The position numbers and the translations under genes are program-made. A model generated the notes under the pieces. It was given only the letters and a program-made list of their open reading frames with translations. It searched no databases and was not told where the DNA came from. 64,000 bases of DNA from Marsupella aquatica (Eukaryota > Plantae > Marchantiophyta): NCBI GenBank assembly GCA_973895155.1, contig OZ316891.1, forward strand, positions 21,899,168 to 21,963,167. Direction: 5' to 3'. This document shows positions 1-13,236 of this stretch, piece after piece; positions within the stretch are counted from its first letter, which is position 1; every line of letters begins with the position of its first letter.

Positions 1-962
1 TCAAGATTTTCAGCGCAAGACTGGAGAGAGTCTACACAAAGCATACACTCGTATGCGAAGATATATTAATTACAGTCACCAAGGGAGTGACAGAGGCCCA
101 AGTAGTTCAATTTTGGTATGCAATTTTGGATAGAGAGTTGCGGCGTAGAGTAAGAGACGCCACTCTATTGAGGGATTCAGATTCCACATTGGCTGTTGTT
201 TTTGCACTAGCCGAGCGCATTGAGCTCAATATGGTGAATGAGAAGGTGGTGACTTCCGGATTTGTCAAGGAAGGCTCACCAAAGGTTGCATCTACACCCA
301 CACTGCAACCTACTGTAAGGAAGAGCCAGAGGGAGAAGCCTACAACATGGGAATCTACTAGTCAGAGACCTGTGCCCTCCTATGCTGGACAACAGTCATG
401 ATGTTGGACTTGTGGTGGGGATCATGCATGAAGATATTGCCAAGATAATAGAGGGTCCGGAGGGGCATCTATGCCCGATCAACGATTATGTGATCATTGT
501 GGAGTTTCTGGTCACACCAAGGATAGGTGTTTTATACTCCATCCTGAACTACAACGGGGAGGATCATGTACGTATGATCAGGGAAGAGGAGGTAGAGGTG
601 GTGGTCGCGGCCGAGGTATGCCATATGCAAGGAGACAAGGAGGTGATGCTCCTGCCACTACCATAGATCCAAAGGATGAAAAGATTGCTCAATTGGAGCA
701 ACAACTAGCTGCCATGGCGAGTTCTCAGGTTAGACCTACTTCTGGTGATGGAGCCTCTACATCCTATGGAGCTGACGGAGACTTGGCCACCATGGGATTC
801 ATGTGTGACATTGCCCATGTTGATGCATTGGCAACTTTGACTCGAGGAGCAACCAAAGCCCTTGAGCCCCGAGGAGCAATGGTAGAGTTGGATCCTCAAA
901 GGGGGGAAGCTTGTCGTCAAACGAAGCTTCCCCAATCATTTACATTGTTAGAGGCAGTTTAA
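1..962 (+). pseudogene. Gag remnant with CCHC zinc knuckle and RGG-rich tail
   Basis: ORF 471..962 contains CDHCGVSGHTKDRC followed by GRGGRGGGRGRG; upstream ORF 87..401 is capsid-like and broken by stops/frameshift. Confidence 0.8.
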
Positions 963-1029
963 ACTAACTCTATAAACCCGGTTAAGACAAATCCAAGTGT
1001 GGATAAGTTGGTGGAATTGGATAATGTTG

Positions 1030-4000
1030 TGTCGCGTCCCTAACCCAGGCCTTAAATCCAGTTTAGTTCCATGGCGCGACTTTGACCACCAGTAAGGGTG
1101 AGGGTTCGGGCAAGGAGGTGTGTAGCGGCCTCGATTAGCCCCTAGTCGGGCTAATGTAATATACTTATGGGTATAACCCTTACGCAATTCGTACTAGTCA
1201 TAGGTATATTTGTTTTCCACCGCTGGAATTTTCCCACAGTTAGTGACTCGGACTAACTCCCGGCTTGGGGCTTTCAAGCCATCGACGCAACAGAACCTTG
1301 TGACATGCAATGGGTGGCAATCCCTACCATTAGTCTGCACCCGGTACGTCCCTTGAAATGGCGCCTTTGCCCAGACAAAGCATACACACAACACCAGTTA
1401 CTCGCGGAAACATTATAGGGAAAAGACTACATTTACTCAGCAAAGCATCAGTTTACATGGTTGACTCGACTTCTAAGGGGGTCAACAGGCCCAACGGTAG
1501 TCAATGCCCAGTCTCTACGAGGCCCCGCCTTGCACTTGCCCGACAAGCTCGACTCTGGCTCTCACTCCTTGGTGCGCTCTGACCCTGCTCAGGCCGGAAC
1601 TCCCCGTGTCTCGCCTTTTCTTCTACTAAGATAACTAAGCCTTCTCCCCCTCCCATAGCGGAAGGGGAAGCCTAAATACTACGGTTGCGGAAGGAAACCG
1701 GAGGATACTACCTTCTGGGATAATACCTACTGACTAACTACCTATTGACTAACTACCTTCTGACTAGTTGACTGTTGTCGACAAGGGTGCTGACCGACAT
1801 GGCAGCAGCAAAGCCTACTAACAACAAGCTAGTCCGTTGATGGACTCCATCCTACGTTGGCTGATCCTAAGTGATTTGGTCCTAACTCTTCATACTGCCG
1901 CTAATCGGCGCCTAATGACGGCTATTCTGTCGTTACGCCTGACCAGAAGATGCCGCTGACTCAACTGCCTCGCGTGGCGCCTGCTCCCTCTTACGTGTGT
2001 GCTGTGGTCGGACCAGGGTTTGTCCCACTGTCGAGGCGAGACCTCGAGCCGTCTTGATCAGAGGTGGGCCCAAGTTTTCCCCTTTGGAGGACAAGTAGGG
2101 TAACGCGATCCTGCAAGGCCTTGTTGTCCCGTACCGCCGCCTCTGCCTCGTTTGCGGCTTCATCGGCTTTTGTCTGGAGCCAAGCTATCTCCAGGTTGAG
2201 TTGGGTGATGGAGTTGCGATGGGCCTGGTCCTGCGCCCGCAATTTATCCCGTTCGGCGGAGAGACTAGCCACCTGCTGAGCCGCCTGCATGAATTGGTTG
2301 TTGAGGTCGATTAGGCTGGTAACCCGAGCCGAGGATTCTGAGCGCAACTGAAGCACAGTATCATTCAGCTTCTTGAGATCTTCTTGTGCCCCGCTCAACT
2401 CCTGGGTTAGTCCATCTCGCTGTTCGATGGTGCAAACTAACTCCTCACGGCGGGTAGTGGCCTCCTCCTCGAGGTGTTCTACTAGCATTTGGAGGCGCCC
2501 GATCTCATTCCCTTTGGCCATGAGTTCTTCTTCCAAGCGGCTTACGATCCGGGGTTGGTGCTCTAACATGAAGAAGGCTGGTTGAAAGTACGTCGAGACT
2601 TGTTGTCCGATGTACATCGCCAGCTCCCCAGACATAGTCTGGCTATACTTCTGGACCAGGTCGTAGGCCATGGTCCCCGGGGCTACGTGGTAGTCCTCCA
2701 TCCTCTCGGGTACTGGTGGTTCCTTAGCCGGGGCAACGATCTCCTTCGTAGTCTGCGCTGGGGAGGGGAAGGTTTCTTTCGGTGGTGGAGGGATTGGGGG
2801 TGGTTGCACTGCGGGTAGCGGAGGCTCGACGGAAGGGGGCGGCGGAATCACAACAGGAGGAGGTGGCGGAGTATTAGTCGGGGCCTCCGATGTTTAGGGT
2901 TTGCCCAAGGGATGGTAGTCCGTGCACTCGGGGTTGCCTCCTCTGGGGCGGGGGTGACATTAGTCGGGGCTGAGGTGGCCATATTCTTTCCTTTGGCCTC
3001 CCGCCGTGCCTTGTACCAGGCGAGGATGATGGCGATATGACTTCCCAAGTAAGTCTTCCCCCCAATAGCCATACCACTTTGAGCCCGCTTCAGCTCCCCC
3101 GAGAATCTACGATAAAAGAACTGGGCCCAGTTCCGCCATTTGTACTGTTCCACCTGCACGATCGTGCAGAGGGAGATCTCGGATTGTGGCTCAATCATGT
3201 GTAGGGTAGTCCGTATGAAGTTAAGCCGCTCCATGCAGATTAAGTTGGTGCACGACCCCTACTTGTATCCGTTGTCCGTCTTACCCTCGGGTTTGAAGTG
3301 CCGCGGTGTATACTCTTTATCCTGAATTTGGAGTTTGACTGGCACCGGCCCAGTTGGCAGGCATAAGATCTGTGCTAGCCGATGCTCCGTGAGTGTTAAG
3401 GTCTACCCTGAAACCTTGGTGGTCGATGCGTCAGAGTCGAAATTGGACATGAACTCGCAAATCTGCTTTGGCCCGGCGGCGCACAGTCTCCATAGCAAGT
3501 GAGCAAACTGCTCCAACTGATGCTCCTTGAGATAGTCCGCGTGTTTGAGTTTCTTGATCGAGATCCAGACTACTTTGGGGACGCAGATCACCTGTAATAA
3601 GTTGGACTTTGGGTTATCCGGGGGCCGCCGGGTCTGGTTGGCCGGGGGGTTTGTCGGGGCAGGTGTAGGCGCGGTGTTGGTTTGCGTTGTCGATTCGGGG
3701 GCCGGCGTCGTCCTTGCCCGCTTATGAGAACGCTGCTCGAGTTGCGGACTAACTTGCTCGGAACCCAAAAAACACACGGCGTTGATTACTGGATGGACTT
3801 GAGGCCGGTTCGGAGGTACGCCGGTGGTCATCGGCTGAGGTGCTGGGGGTGGTGCCGGGGTAGCCATATCCCAGTTGAAGGCATTGGAGCTTTCCCCGAG
3901 GAATGTAAGATTACGTGCAGCTTCCCGTTGTCTACTGATGTCTTCTTGGCGCTTTTCGGCTGCGATCTGCTGGTCTAGGTACCCGGAATCTTGTCGAACT

Positions 4001-4847
4001 CCGCTTGAGTAAGCCGCTGGTTGCCCTTCAGCCTACAGAACTTTGCGGGGACTTCAAGAATTGCCTCTGCTACCGATCTGAGCCCTTCCTCACTGAGATA
4101 TAGCTCGGTGATGTAGTCTCACAGCTCGTTGTAATTGTAGTCCCTGGTGATGGCCGTCTTCTCGCAATTAACCAGTGCTACCTTGGCCACCAGCTTTGCG
4201 TATCTTCGTTCGTAAGCGGCTTTCTCGGGGCAGGAGTACCAATAAGTCTTGGAGAACTTAGCACCTACCTCGCCAAACAAGGTCCAAAATCCCAAGGCTG
4301 TAAGGGTCATACTAACCTTTGTAGTCCGGTTCATCGAGTCCGCGTTCCCACCCGGCTGGTCCTCTTGCTTGTGGAGGCCTTACTTGTCCTGACTAAATCT
4401 CGCCACATCCCGCACTCATCCCTCGATAATCTCCTTGTAAAGGTCAGCTTGATTCGAGCAAAAAGGCAAGTGAATGGCAGCGTCTGCAAATTCCAAAAGG
4501 TAGAAATGAGCAAATGACCCGCAGCACCGTTGGCTCCTCTCTTATGGAGGTGCCAGGGTGAGCCCAGGCGTGAGAAGGCCAGGCCATTTTGGTCGTTGAT
4601 AATGAGCTAAAGTTGGCGCCTCGGTCCAAGCGTGATTCTCCAAACGGATTTTTACTCCGCCGCCGCCACCGTACCTCGGTCGCGAGTAATACTCCTCCTC
4701 CTAAATTTGTAATCATTTGGTCCACTTAACCTACTCCTATTCTATTCATAATAGCAACGGACGGCTATACGTGCTATTCTACTCTACGACTACGGTCCTA
4801 ATGACCGTATAAGACCTAATCTACGTCCTAGGTTTTGTTAAGTGACA
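1030..4847. mobile_element. Unit X copy 1: ~3.8-kb TG...CA-bounded insertion (solo-LTR-like) containing one long ORF
   Basis: Starts TGTCGCG, ends GTGACA. Flanks tgttg (1025-1029) and cgtta (4848-4852) look like a mutated 5-bp TSD. The Gypsy gag-PR spacer resumes after it. Homologous to 19539-22034 and 56499-59996. Confidence 0.8.
1991..4334 (-). pseudogene. Unit X ORF (~780 aa when joined): Pro-rich linkers, plant-retroelement accessory-type domain, C-terminal coiled coil
   Basis: ORFs 4119..4334, 3403..3867, 2848..3234 and 1991..2851 are collinear pieces of one reading frame when compared with copies 2 and 3. Contains the pattern EF..NF...T.V.G...LT...L.QI..LP.G...NW. Confidence 0.7.
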
Positions 4848-5149
4848 CGTTACCCGTGTCATATGTTGCAACAAGGATGGCAAGTACCTTGCTGGGGGCG
4901 GCCACAAATATTGTGCGCACCTCGTTATTTTCAGCAACATATATGGCATTGGGAGTTAGTCCAGCTGAAGTGTTCAGATTGGCAGCCACATTATGTGAAG
5001 GAACTCCAGTTGTTCCTTCTCGTGCATAGACAGTGCCTAATTCTGAAGTTGTGGAGTTGACTCCACCTATTGCTAGTGGTGAAACATGGCAAGCAGCAGC
5101 GGCGAGGTTGATGGAGTTACCAGCACGCCCTGCCTTTGAGAGAACTAGG

Positions 5150-5560
5150 TTTAAACCTAGTGTGGTATCATTGGATAATCAAAGTGGTATCTTCCGATTA
5201 GTTGGGCCTTTTGGAGCGATATACCAGCCAGAACGAGTGTTATTGGATACTGGTGCTCAGCCCTTGATGTTGGGTAAGACTGCGATACAAGGATTGGGAT
5301 GCGTCCAAATGATTTGGAGGAGTGTCCCTTTCCCATTCAGACTTCATTGGGAGGACCTATACCCAAACAACATATCACCAAACGAGCACTTGAACTTAGG
5401 ATTCAAGAGGATCATCCAAAGGATAACTCACGGATCCAGGCTCAAGCTATTTTGACTAAGGCTGAGTCATATGATGTGTTAGTGGGATGTACGATACTTT
5501 ATCCTATGGGATTTGTTCCTGATTTTTGGGATGAGTCGGTGTCGTATCGACCCAATTGGC
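5150..5560 (+). pseudogene. Retropepsin-type aspartic protease of the Gypsy element
   Basis: RVLLDTGAQPLMLG active-site motif and downstream YDVLVG (D-x-x-L-G type) motif, with a frameshift near 5299. Confidence 0.8.
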
Positions 5561-5940
5561 AATCTGGAGATGCTTGGTTGAGCCAATTGCAAGTGGGATT
5601 TAGTGGACCTGTGGGAGGTCCTAAATCTACACCATTGTCTTTGGCAGCATTCAGTAGTTTGATTATTGGATTTGATGAGTTGATTAAAGGTAATGCACAT
5701 GCAGCAGATGTTCCGGCAATGGAGGAGCCACGTGAGGAACACATGACGGGTGTATTACTTGTTGATACTATTGTGGCACCAGTACGGGGTACTGGAGAGG
5801 CCTTGCAACAAAATGTGACCCAATTGATACATGATGCCTGACGTCATGCTTTTACACCGGAGTCAGGAGCACAACAGTCTTTTGCAGATGGACCGGTAAC
5901 CCTTTCACCATTGGATACCACTCCTATTGTGTGGTAGTAT

Positions 5941-6990
5941 CCAGAGGAGGGTATTTGTTTGTTAGATTTATTTTGTGGGATTGGCACTGGATTGGCTGCT
6001 ATTCTTCAAGCAGGAATTTCTGTGCGTCGTTACTTGTACGTGGAAAACAATGAGATAACACGGAGGATCTCACTATGTCATGTAGCGATGTTGGTGGAAC
6101 GTTATCCACATTTGTTGCCAGTGGATGCCATTCGTGGTTATCAGCATGCACTACCTGCTGATATTTCATTATTGGGGCGGATCATTTGGATTGTGTTGGC
6201 CCCATTGATTTGGTGATTGCGGGTTGGCCATGTCAGGGTCAATCTCGGGCTAGAATTGGACATGGATTTCAAGATCCAAGATCTACATTATTTTGGGAGA
6301 TGTTACGTGTGTTGCGCCATCTCCAGATGCATCAGACACATTCTCCTACATACATTTTGGAGAATGTCCCATTATTGGGTGATGACCGTCATCGAATTGT
6401 TGCTAGTGTTCATCAGGTTCGATCTTGGATTGGGCCTGTTGTGTTATTGGATGCTGCACGTGTGGGTTCTCGTGCACATTGCCCACGATTATGGTGGACT
6501 AACTTGTTACCATGTGAGGTCTTAAAGTGAGCATTTGATGGTGTACCTCGCTCAACAACCTTAGTGGTGGATAGTATTTTGGATCCAGGGTGTCGTGCAC
6601 AAAGTGTTACCCAATCTGATCAACCACCATTGGCAGTGGTGAATGTTGTTGGGCGTCCACGTTGTGCATTACCCACTTTTGTGAGCCATTCTACTTCATA
6701 CGCATTTTGAGCAAGTGGCCCTGGACTTGTGTGGGATACAGCTCTACAACAACTAGTAGAGCCTACCGCTAATGAGAGAGAGCGACTATGGGATTTTTGA
6801 AAAAAAAATAAAAAAATAAAAAATAAAAATAAAAATGAGAGAGAGCGGGCTATGGGATTTTTGACCAGCACCACGGCAGTGGCCTCGGTGTCAGAGCATT
6901 CACGTTGTTAGGTCCTTGGTCAAGCCATGGATTTGAATTGCTTGACTTGGATAATCAGCTTGGGATTAGCTGAACAATTGCGAATGCGCA
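5941..6990 (+). pseudogene. DNMT3-like C5-cytosine DNA methyltransferase domain inside the retrotransposon pol
   Basis: Motif I LDLFCGIG, II YLYVE, IV AGWPCQG, VI ILENVP, VIII DAARVGSRAHCPRLWWTN, IX ERERAMGF, X LGQAM, in non-permuted order. One frameshift (~6180), several stops and an A-rich insertion. Confidence 0.88.
6771..6864 (+). repeat. A-rich ~33-bp insertion flanked by a ~30-bp direct duplication
   Basis: aatgagagagagcg(g)rctatgggatttttga at 6771-6800 and 6834-6864, around an (A)n/TAAAAA tract. Confidence 0.75.
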
Positions 6991-7175
6991 GTTCTAATGT
7001 TACAGATCGTCCATTGGTGAGCTTGCGGCCTACCGAGACAGTAGCGGCCACAGTTGGGGGCAAGCAGACGATTGATAGACCTATGGCAGGATTGGCCAAG
7101 GCAAAACATTTTGTTGAGAAAAAGGAGGTTGCTCAAACCATTGATAAATAGCAACGAGCGACTGTCTCTTCCATC

Positions 7176-7364
7176 CACAGCCCACGGCTTGTGGCCTCTC
7201 CAACTCCAAAGGAAAACATCACAGCTTCGATGGAGAGTCACAACCCGCGGCTTGTGGCCTCTTCAACTCCAAATGAAGATGTCACAACTTTGAAGGAGAG
7301 TCACAGCCCACGGCTTGTGACCTCTTCAACTGCAAAGGAAGATGTCACAGCTTTGATGGAGAGT
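7176..7364 (+). repeat. 63-bp x3 coding tandem repeat in the DNMT-RT linker
   Basis: Units start at 7176, 7239 and 7302 (cacaRcccRcggcttgtg...gagagt); 21-aa repeat HxPRLVASSTPxExxTxxxES. Confidence 0.85.
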
Positions 7365-7429
7365 TGGGAACCACAAATTGGTCCTAAGTTGACCAGGAGG
7401 GAGAGATGTTGCATGCATCAATTCTTGAA

Positions 7430-8530
7430 GAGTTATTGAAATTGTTTTGCATTTAGTATGAAGGATTTGGGGACATTGAAGGGTCTTGGTATTCAGATTG
7501 AATTGGCTAGTGATGCACCAATCTTTTGACAACCGTATCGGTATAGTGACATGGAGAGGGCTTTGATCCATAGTAGAACTCAGGATTTGTTGGAGGCTGG
7601 TTTGGTGGAAATCTCATACGGGGAGTATGCATTTGCCACAATGATGCCAACCAAGAAGGGTTAGGATGTGCATGGAAATTACACAGATAGACAAATGTGT
7701 GGTGATTATCGACCTATTAATCGTTAGACAAAATCTGATCGATATGCCATGCCCACACCGGAGGAGATCTTTGATGCTATGGGGCATGCAAAGATATTTA
7801 GTTCGTTGGACCTCAAAGCGGGGTACCATCAGTTGCCAATTAGGCATTCTGATAGATCCAAAACAACATTTTGGGGAATTGATTCTTATGGCAAAGATTG
7901 TTTGTATCAGTGGTTGTTCTTACCATTTGGGTTGAAGAATGCACCAGCTGAATTCCAAAGAGTTATGGATCGAATTCTTGCAGGTTTGGATTTTGTGAGA
8001 TGTCAGTTACATTGATGATATCTTGGTCTATTCTTTGACTGTGGAAGAATATCAAAGACACACTTGCAGATTGTGTTGGAGAGATTGAGAGAACATGGAT
8101 TGAAACTCTATCCTGGCAAATGTAAGTTCTTCCAAGACAAAATTGAGTATTTGGGCCACACTATCTACCCAGGAGGATTGGGTGTGCAAGAGACTAAGGT
8201 GGAGGCCATTACACAGATTCCTCGTCCTATTGATGTGAGTAGAGCTCGTGCATTCTTGGGATTGGCGAGCTATTATAGACGGTATGTTAAAGGATTTAGC
8301 CAACTTGCCAAACCTTTAACTATACTCACTAAGTTGGACCAGGAGTGGATTTGGGGTGACGACCAAGAGCATGCTTTCCAAGAATTGAAGGAAAGATTGG
8401 CGTCAACACCTATTTTGAGAAGACCCATTTCGGAACGACCATTTCAGCTACACACTGATTGGAGTGGAGTAGGACTTGGAGCAGTGCTGACTCAGAAGGA
8501 TGATGAGGGGAATGAGTTTATTGTGACATA
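7430..8530 (+). pseudogene. Reverse transcriptase and N-terminal RNase H of the Gypsy element
   Basis: MPTPEEIFDAMGHAKIFSSLDLKAGYHQ, PFGLKNAPAEFQR, YIDD (frameshifted), KCKFF..IEYLGH, FLGLASYYRRYVKGFS, FQLHTDWS. Confidence 0.93.
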
Positions 8531-8551
8531 AATTGTGAGCTGCTCAATTAG

Positions 8552-8905
8552 GGGTATTTACAAACGACAGAAAACAGCAAACAGTAACAGCAAACAGAAA
8601 CTGGTAACAGGAAAATGGGTGGTAATTTTTTTTGAATTTTTTTTGAATTTAAAAAAAAAAAAAAAATTGAGAAAAAAACTTTTTAAATTTTTTTTGCTAG
8701 CGCCCAAAGCTAGCCAAAAAATGTTGTAATTTAATTTTTTTGGGGAAAATATGACTTTTTAGAAAATATTTTGACATGGTTGTTTTTCTTGGTAATAGTA
8801 ACTTTTTGCTGGTAACAGTAACTTTTTGTTGGTAACAGGAAAATTTTTGCTGGTACCAATAAACCTGTTTCCTGTTTACTGTTTACTGTCACGCGTGCCA
8901 TACCC
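8552..8905. mobile_element. Mutator-like MITE
   Basis: 9-bp TSD ctcaattag (8543-8551, 8906-8914); termini GGGTAT.../...ATACCC with inverted subterminal aaacag/ctgttt repeats. Confidence 0.75.
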
Positions 8906-10162
8906 CTCAATTAGTGGGTTAAATTAGTTTTAGGTTAGAGTTTTTCTTTTTTGTTTTAGTAAGCATATTATGCCTGTAAATGAATGGGAAGTAGAAGTGA
9001 AATTGAAGTAAACTCTCTTCAGTAAAGCAGAGTAAGAAAGTTTCATTAGTTTAAACCATGGTTAACTTAACAATGGATTAGTGGATTAGATAGGTAATCA
9101 GATCCTTAGAGTTTGTAATTTAGGCTGAGATTTTTTCTGAAGGTTCTAGGCAGGCCCTGGAGAACCCTTGTAAAAGTGCAAGTCATTTCGACCATTCAAT
9201 TAGAAGCTATTTACAGTGGAACAAAACTTAAAATAGCCAACTTGCAGGACCTAGGGGAAATAGCCAGAGAGCAACAAATGTATTTTGAAGGCTGGCCATG
9301 GTGTTACTATACCTAACACTATCCCTTAGAATTACTAAACCTAGTTTTGGACTTATAGATACTTTTTGGGAGTGGTCCGAATTCTGTAAAAGTAGCTATG
9401 AAGTATGACGGATTGCAGACTTTGAACAATTATAGAAAAGCCAAGTTTAGTTATATATCAATTCTAAGAATTGTTTTAGAAAGCTCTAGGACTAGGAAAT
9501 CCAGGAGTATGTTCATAATAGTTTTTTTTCCTTATGAGTGAATTTTGAACTATAGGCAAAGATGGCTAATGTTAAATGCCATAAGTAGCACTTAAAGGGA
9601 GACTTAAAGAGAGGAATGTTCTTTGTGCATACAAAGGGGTAATTCAGCTGCATAGAGAAACATGGTGGACTCATTTACATCTGTAAAGGGCAGGGTTACA
9701 ATGTTAAAAAGCTAGCTAAGGCCAGGTGTCGAGCCCAAAATTCAATAGAGCAAAATCAAAGTAAAATTGAAGGGAGAATGGAACTCAACGCTGCGGCTGA
9801 ATGGAGAGCCAATACTCCACCAAATCAAGTAAGAAGAACTGGGCTCGAATGCTGGGCTCAAGGAGAATCAGAAGACCTGAACTAGAAGAGGAAATCCTGG
9901 AGCACGAATTAAAGGAGGAGATTGAAGGGAAAGCAAAGGTTGGAAGGGAAATTAATAGAGAAGATTGAAATTTCTGAATCAGAGAGAATATTTTACAGAA
10001 AGGAGAAGTCATTGACTGCTAACAAGGGGGCTCTTCAGGCAAAATCGAGGGCGAAATCAACTTGCACCTTCTATAGGAACTTAGAGGTGGCACCATGGAG
10101 CAGCTAGAAGACCATTTCCTCAGCTAGGGCGATTGACAAGAAATCTGAGCTGTGGCCCTTAA

Positions 10163-10312
10163 CTTCAGGAATTGAATGCAGGATCAAGTTCATAGATATA
10201 TTCTGAAATTAGAATGGCTGCTCTTTGGACTTCAGGAATTGAATGCAGGATCAAGTCCATAGGTATATTTCTGAAATTAGAATGGCTGCTCTTTGGACTC
10301 ACAAATTGAATG
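10163..10312 (+). repeat. ~68-bp tandem duplication (about 2.2 copies)
   Basis: cttcaggaattgaatgcaggatcaag...gctgctctttgga repeated head to tail. Confidence 0.8.
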
Positions 10313-11717
10313 CTACCAAGGTCAACCGACAGTCGAGAGAAGAACACATGGAAGGGAAATATTTTCGTGAGAATGAAGGGCTGGTCTGAACGGAAGCACT
10401 GGCCAGACTTCCTTCAAATAACCCACAATCCCTTCAAAAAAGTTCAGTTCTCTAAGTCCTAGCTTAGTTCTCTCCTTGCTCCAAACTGAATCAGGCAGTC
10501 GACTCCGCCATAGATTGGAAGCATTCATTCTCCTATTTCCATGAGTTCTTTCTCTCCGTTCACCCATGCACTTACTATCAAGACCAGGGCTTATATTTCA
10601 CAGGAGTACTGGGCCTTTACGTTTGTAGTCTCACGGGGTTACTATTTGGCTTTATACACCTGAGTTTACACAGGCAGGGTCAGGCAAACCAAGTTTACAC
10701 AAGTAACTAAGCCTTGAGATAAGGCTGACCCTAGTTTAAAGTGATGATATTGATGGGTTCTGCTGAAACCTGAATAACTCGCTCAGTTTAGACTCAATTG
10801 GAGTACTTTTAAATGCATTGGAAAGCTATTGACGGTGGCTAGAGGTTGGCATGAGCTAGGAGGATTGAGAGTTCATTAAGATTCTCCTGGAAATCAGGTT
10901 CTATAACAGTTTGATTTTGCTGACTACTTGAGAGGTTTTGATCGTGGTTACACTCTAAAAGGAGGTCAAGTGGGACTACAATCAAAGTGCATGGCTGATC
11001 CCAGAGTTCCTGATCCAAGAGGGCTGCCTGATCAGCATTTTCCTCCCCTGGTCCACAAGGCTAAGTTCACCTTGTGGAGTAAGCATGGGAGAACACATGC
11101 TGACCCCAACATTTGGCTGACCCAATACCTAGCTTGCTCAAAGGTGGACAGAGGGGCAGAAGTTCAAATTTGAGGGCTTTCACCAAGGTGTACCTCAAGC
11201 ATTTCAGAGAGGACAACCAAATTACCAAGCCACTAACCAGTACGGTAAGGAAGTACCATGCTTGGGTCATTCGCAAGGCCCTAATCGGATGGGTGAGGCC
11301 TGGAGAATGGCTCTTTTATGTCAAGGGGACCTAGGCTGGTTCTGGAGTCCAGGAATAAGGAGGTTAAGGAGTGGAGTCCTTAAAGCCAACATGGAGGGTA
11401 CCTAAGGACCTGAGTTACATGGAGACTTTGGAGGAACTTGGAGGGCCATTGGAAGTTGATCCCTCTACTGTTTTTAGAGCTATTTGGTAGATAGGGATGA
11501 CTGTATTTTGGAGGCTGATTTAGTCCCTGATTTGGAAGGATAGGACAGCCAAGTCAGGAGGTGAGGTGGACCTGAATGAAGGGCTGAAATCAAGGAGTTG
11601 ATTTAGGCTTTCAAAAGGCCACCAACTAGCTCATTAGTTAGGTAAGACACACAAGTGAGTTAGTGAGTTAGTTAGGAGGATAAGTAAGGATCTTTGACCC
11701 CCTTGAAAGGTGGGCTA

Positions 11718-12552
11718 CCGTCTTCCCCCGAACACAACGCCGGGGCGCTATATTCGAATAGTGGGTCAAGGGGTGCTATATTTGAATAGTGCGCCCTAGG
11801 CGTTGTGTTCAAATTTTTTGACATGGTTTTGGATTTTTTTCACTAGTGGCGTTGTGTTCAAAAATGGCGTTGTGTTCAAAAATAGCATTGTGTTTGAGTT
11901 TGACGTTGTGTTTGAGTATAGGCCTTTGTGTACAAGGGTAGGAGATTAATGTATTGTGTAAGCACTAACTGAAGTCTTAAATAAAGTGTTTGCGAATGTG
12001 TAGGTAATTCAAACACTGAAATTACACAAGGGAAGCTAAGAGAACAGACCTTGCAAATCACAAGTACCATAAATTTATGACAATCAACAATATTCTAAAA
12101 ATTGTTCCAAAACATCACTATTGTCAACTTAGTGCATGTCATACCATAATACAATTGTTTGGTTGCCTCAAACAATAAAAAATGCCTAACAGCACAATAA
12201 AATAACATAACCAAGGAGACTTGGACAAGTTGTCTACTATGTGTTCTGAGCTTTTGCTTGATAAATTGTTGCTACATGCTGCAAAACCTATGGACTGCCT
12301 ACTTCATTTGTTCAGTTTCAAATGTACACTACCTACCAAAATATGATCTCACATACAGCCAATGCCAACACTGTGCTGCGCCAACTTTGAAAGTATGTGC
12401 CAACTTCAAACACAACGCCAAACTCAAACACAGTGCCCGGGCGTTGTGTTAATCCAATGCTGTGTTTGAATAAAAACCACTTTTTATTTTTAGGGCCCAA
12501 AAAAAGTCATATTCGAACACAACGCCCGGGCGTTGTGTTCGGGGGAAGACAA
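11718..12552. mobile_element. Tc1/mariner-pogo-like non-autonomous element (MITE)
   Basis: TA on both flanks; TIRs ccgtcttcccccgaacacaacgcc / ggcgttgtgttcgggggaagac; internal copies of the aacacaacgcc motif. Confidence 0.8.
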
Positions 12553-13236
12553 TAGTCTTTTTTTAGTGGTGAGTCACTTGCTGGCCTTTGGGGTGGTTTT
12601 GGACTTTGTGATGAGTTGGAGCCAAGCAAGGAGTACTTAAGTTGGTGTGAATTACTTTGTGTGGGTCCAAGTATAGAGAATCAAGTAGTAGCACTAAGAG
12701 ACCTTAGGGGAACTAAGGTAGATGTTCTAGGGGTACTAGAACTCAAGTGTGTGCCTTGAGGCTTGAAAGGACCATAGTGTTAAGTAGTAGGAGTTGAAGA
12801 AGCTAAAGTATAGCAAGTAGGTAGTGACAACCTACCCATGTACTTCCTTTGAAATTCTTATGAAATTTCAGCGCGTTTTTGGGAAAGAAATTGTTGATGT
12901 GCACTCATCTGAAATTTTGAGGCCCTTGTGGTCTAGCATGTTGCTCATATATGATCTTTGTGAGTCCAGAAGTCTTCTCTTTGGGTAGGGGAGACCTAGA
13001 TTAGTTGTCTTGCCGGGTAGGGGGACATTTCCAATGGTGGAAACCAAAGAATACCCATTTCTGGTGACGGAAACCAAATACATCTGCATAGTCTCAAGGA
13101 GAAGCAAAGGCTTAATGGAAATAGAGGTAGTTTTTTCTTATGGAGCGTCCCTCTCGTAGTTCATGGTGATAAAGAGCTATCAAGTGCAAGCTTTTAGTAC
13201 AATAAGGCTTATTAGCTCAGAAGCAAGGGTCTGACA

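Larger units (their letters stand above)
8531..13236. mobile_element. Old degenerate insertion (LTR-like remnant, unit Z) splitting RNase H
   Basis: RNase H reads EFIVT before 8530 and resumes YASRSNNSAEAKY at ~13239. 'cata' occurs at both junctions and the right end is GGGTCTGACA. No intact ORF; hosts two MITEs. Confidence 0.7.
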
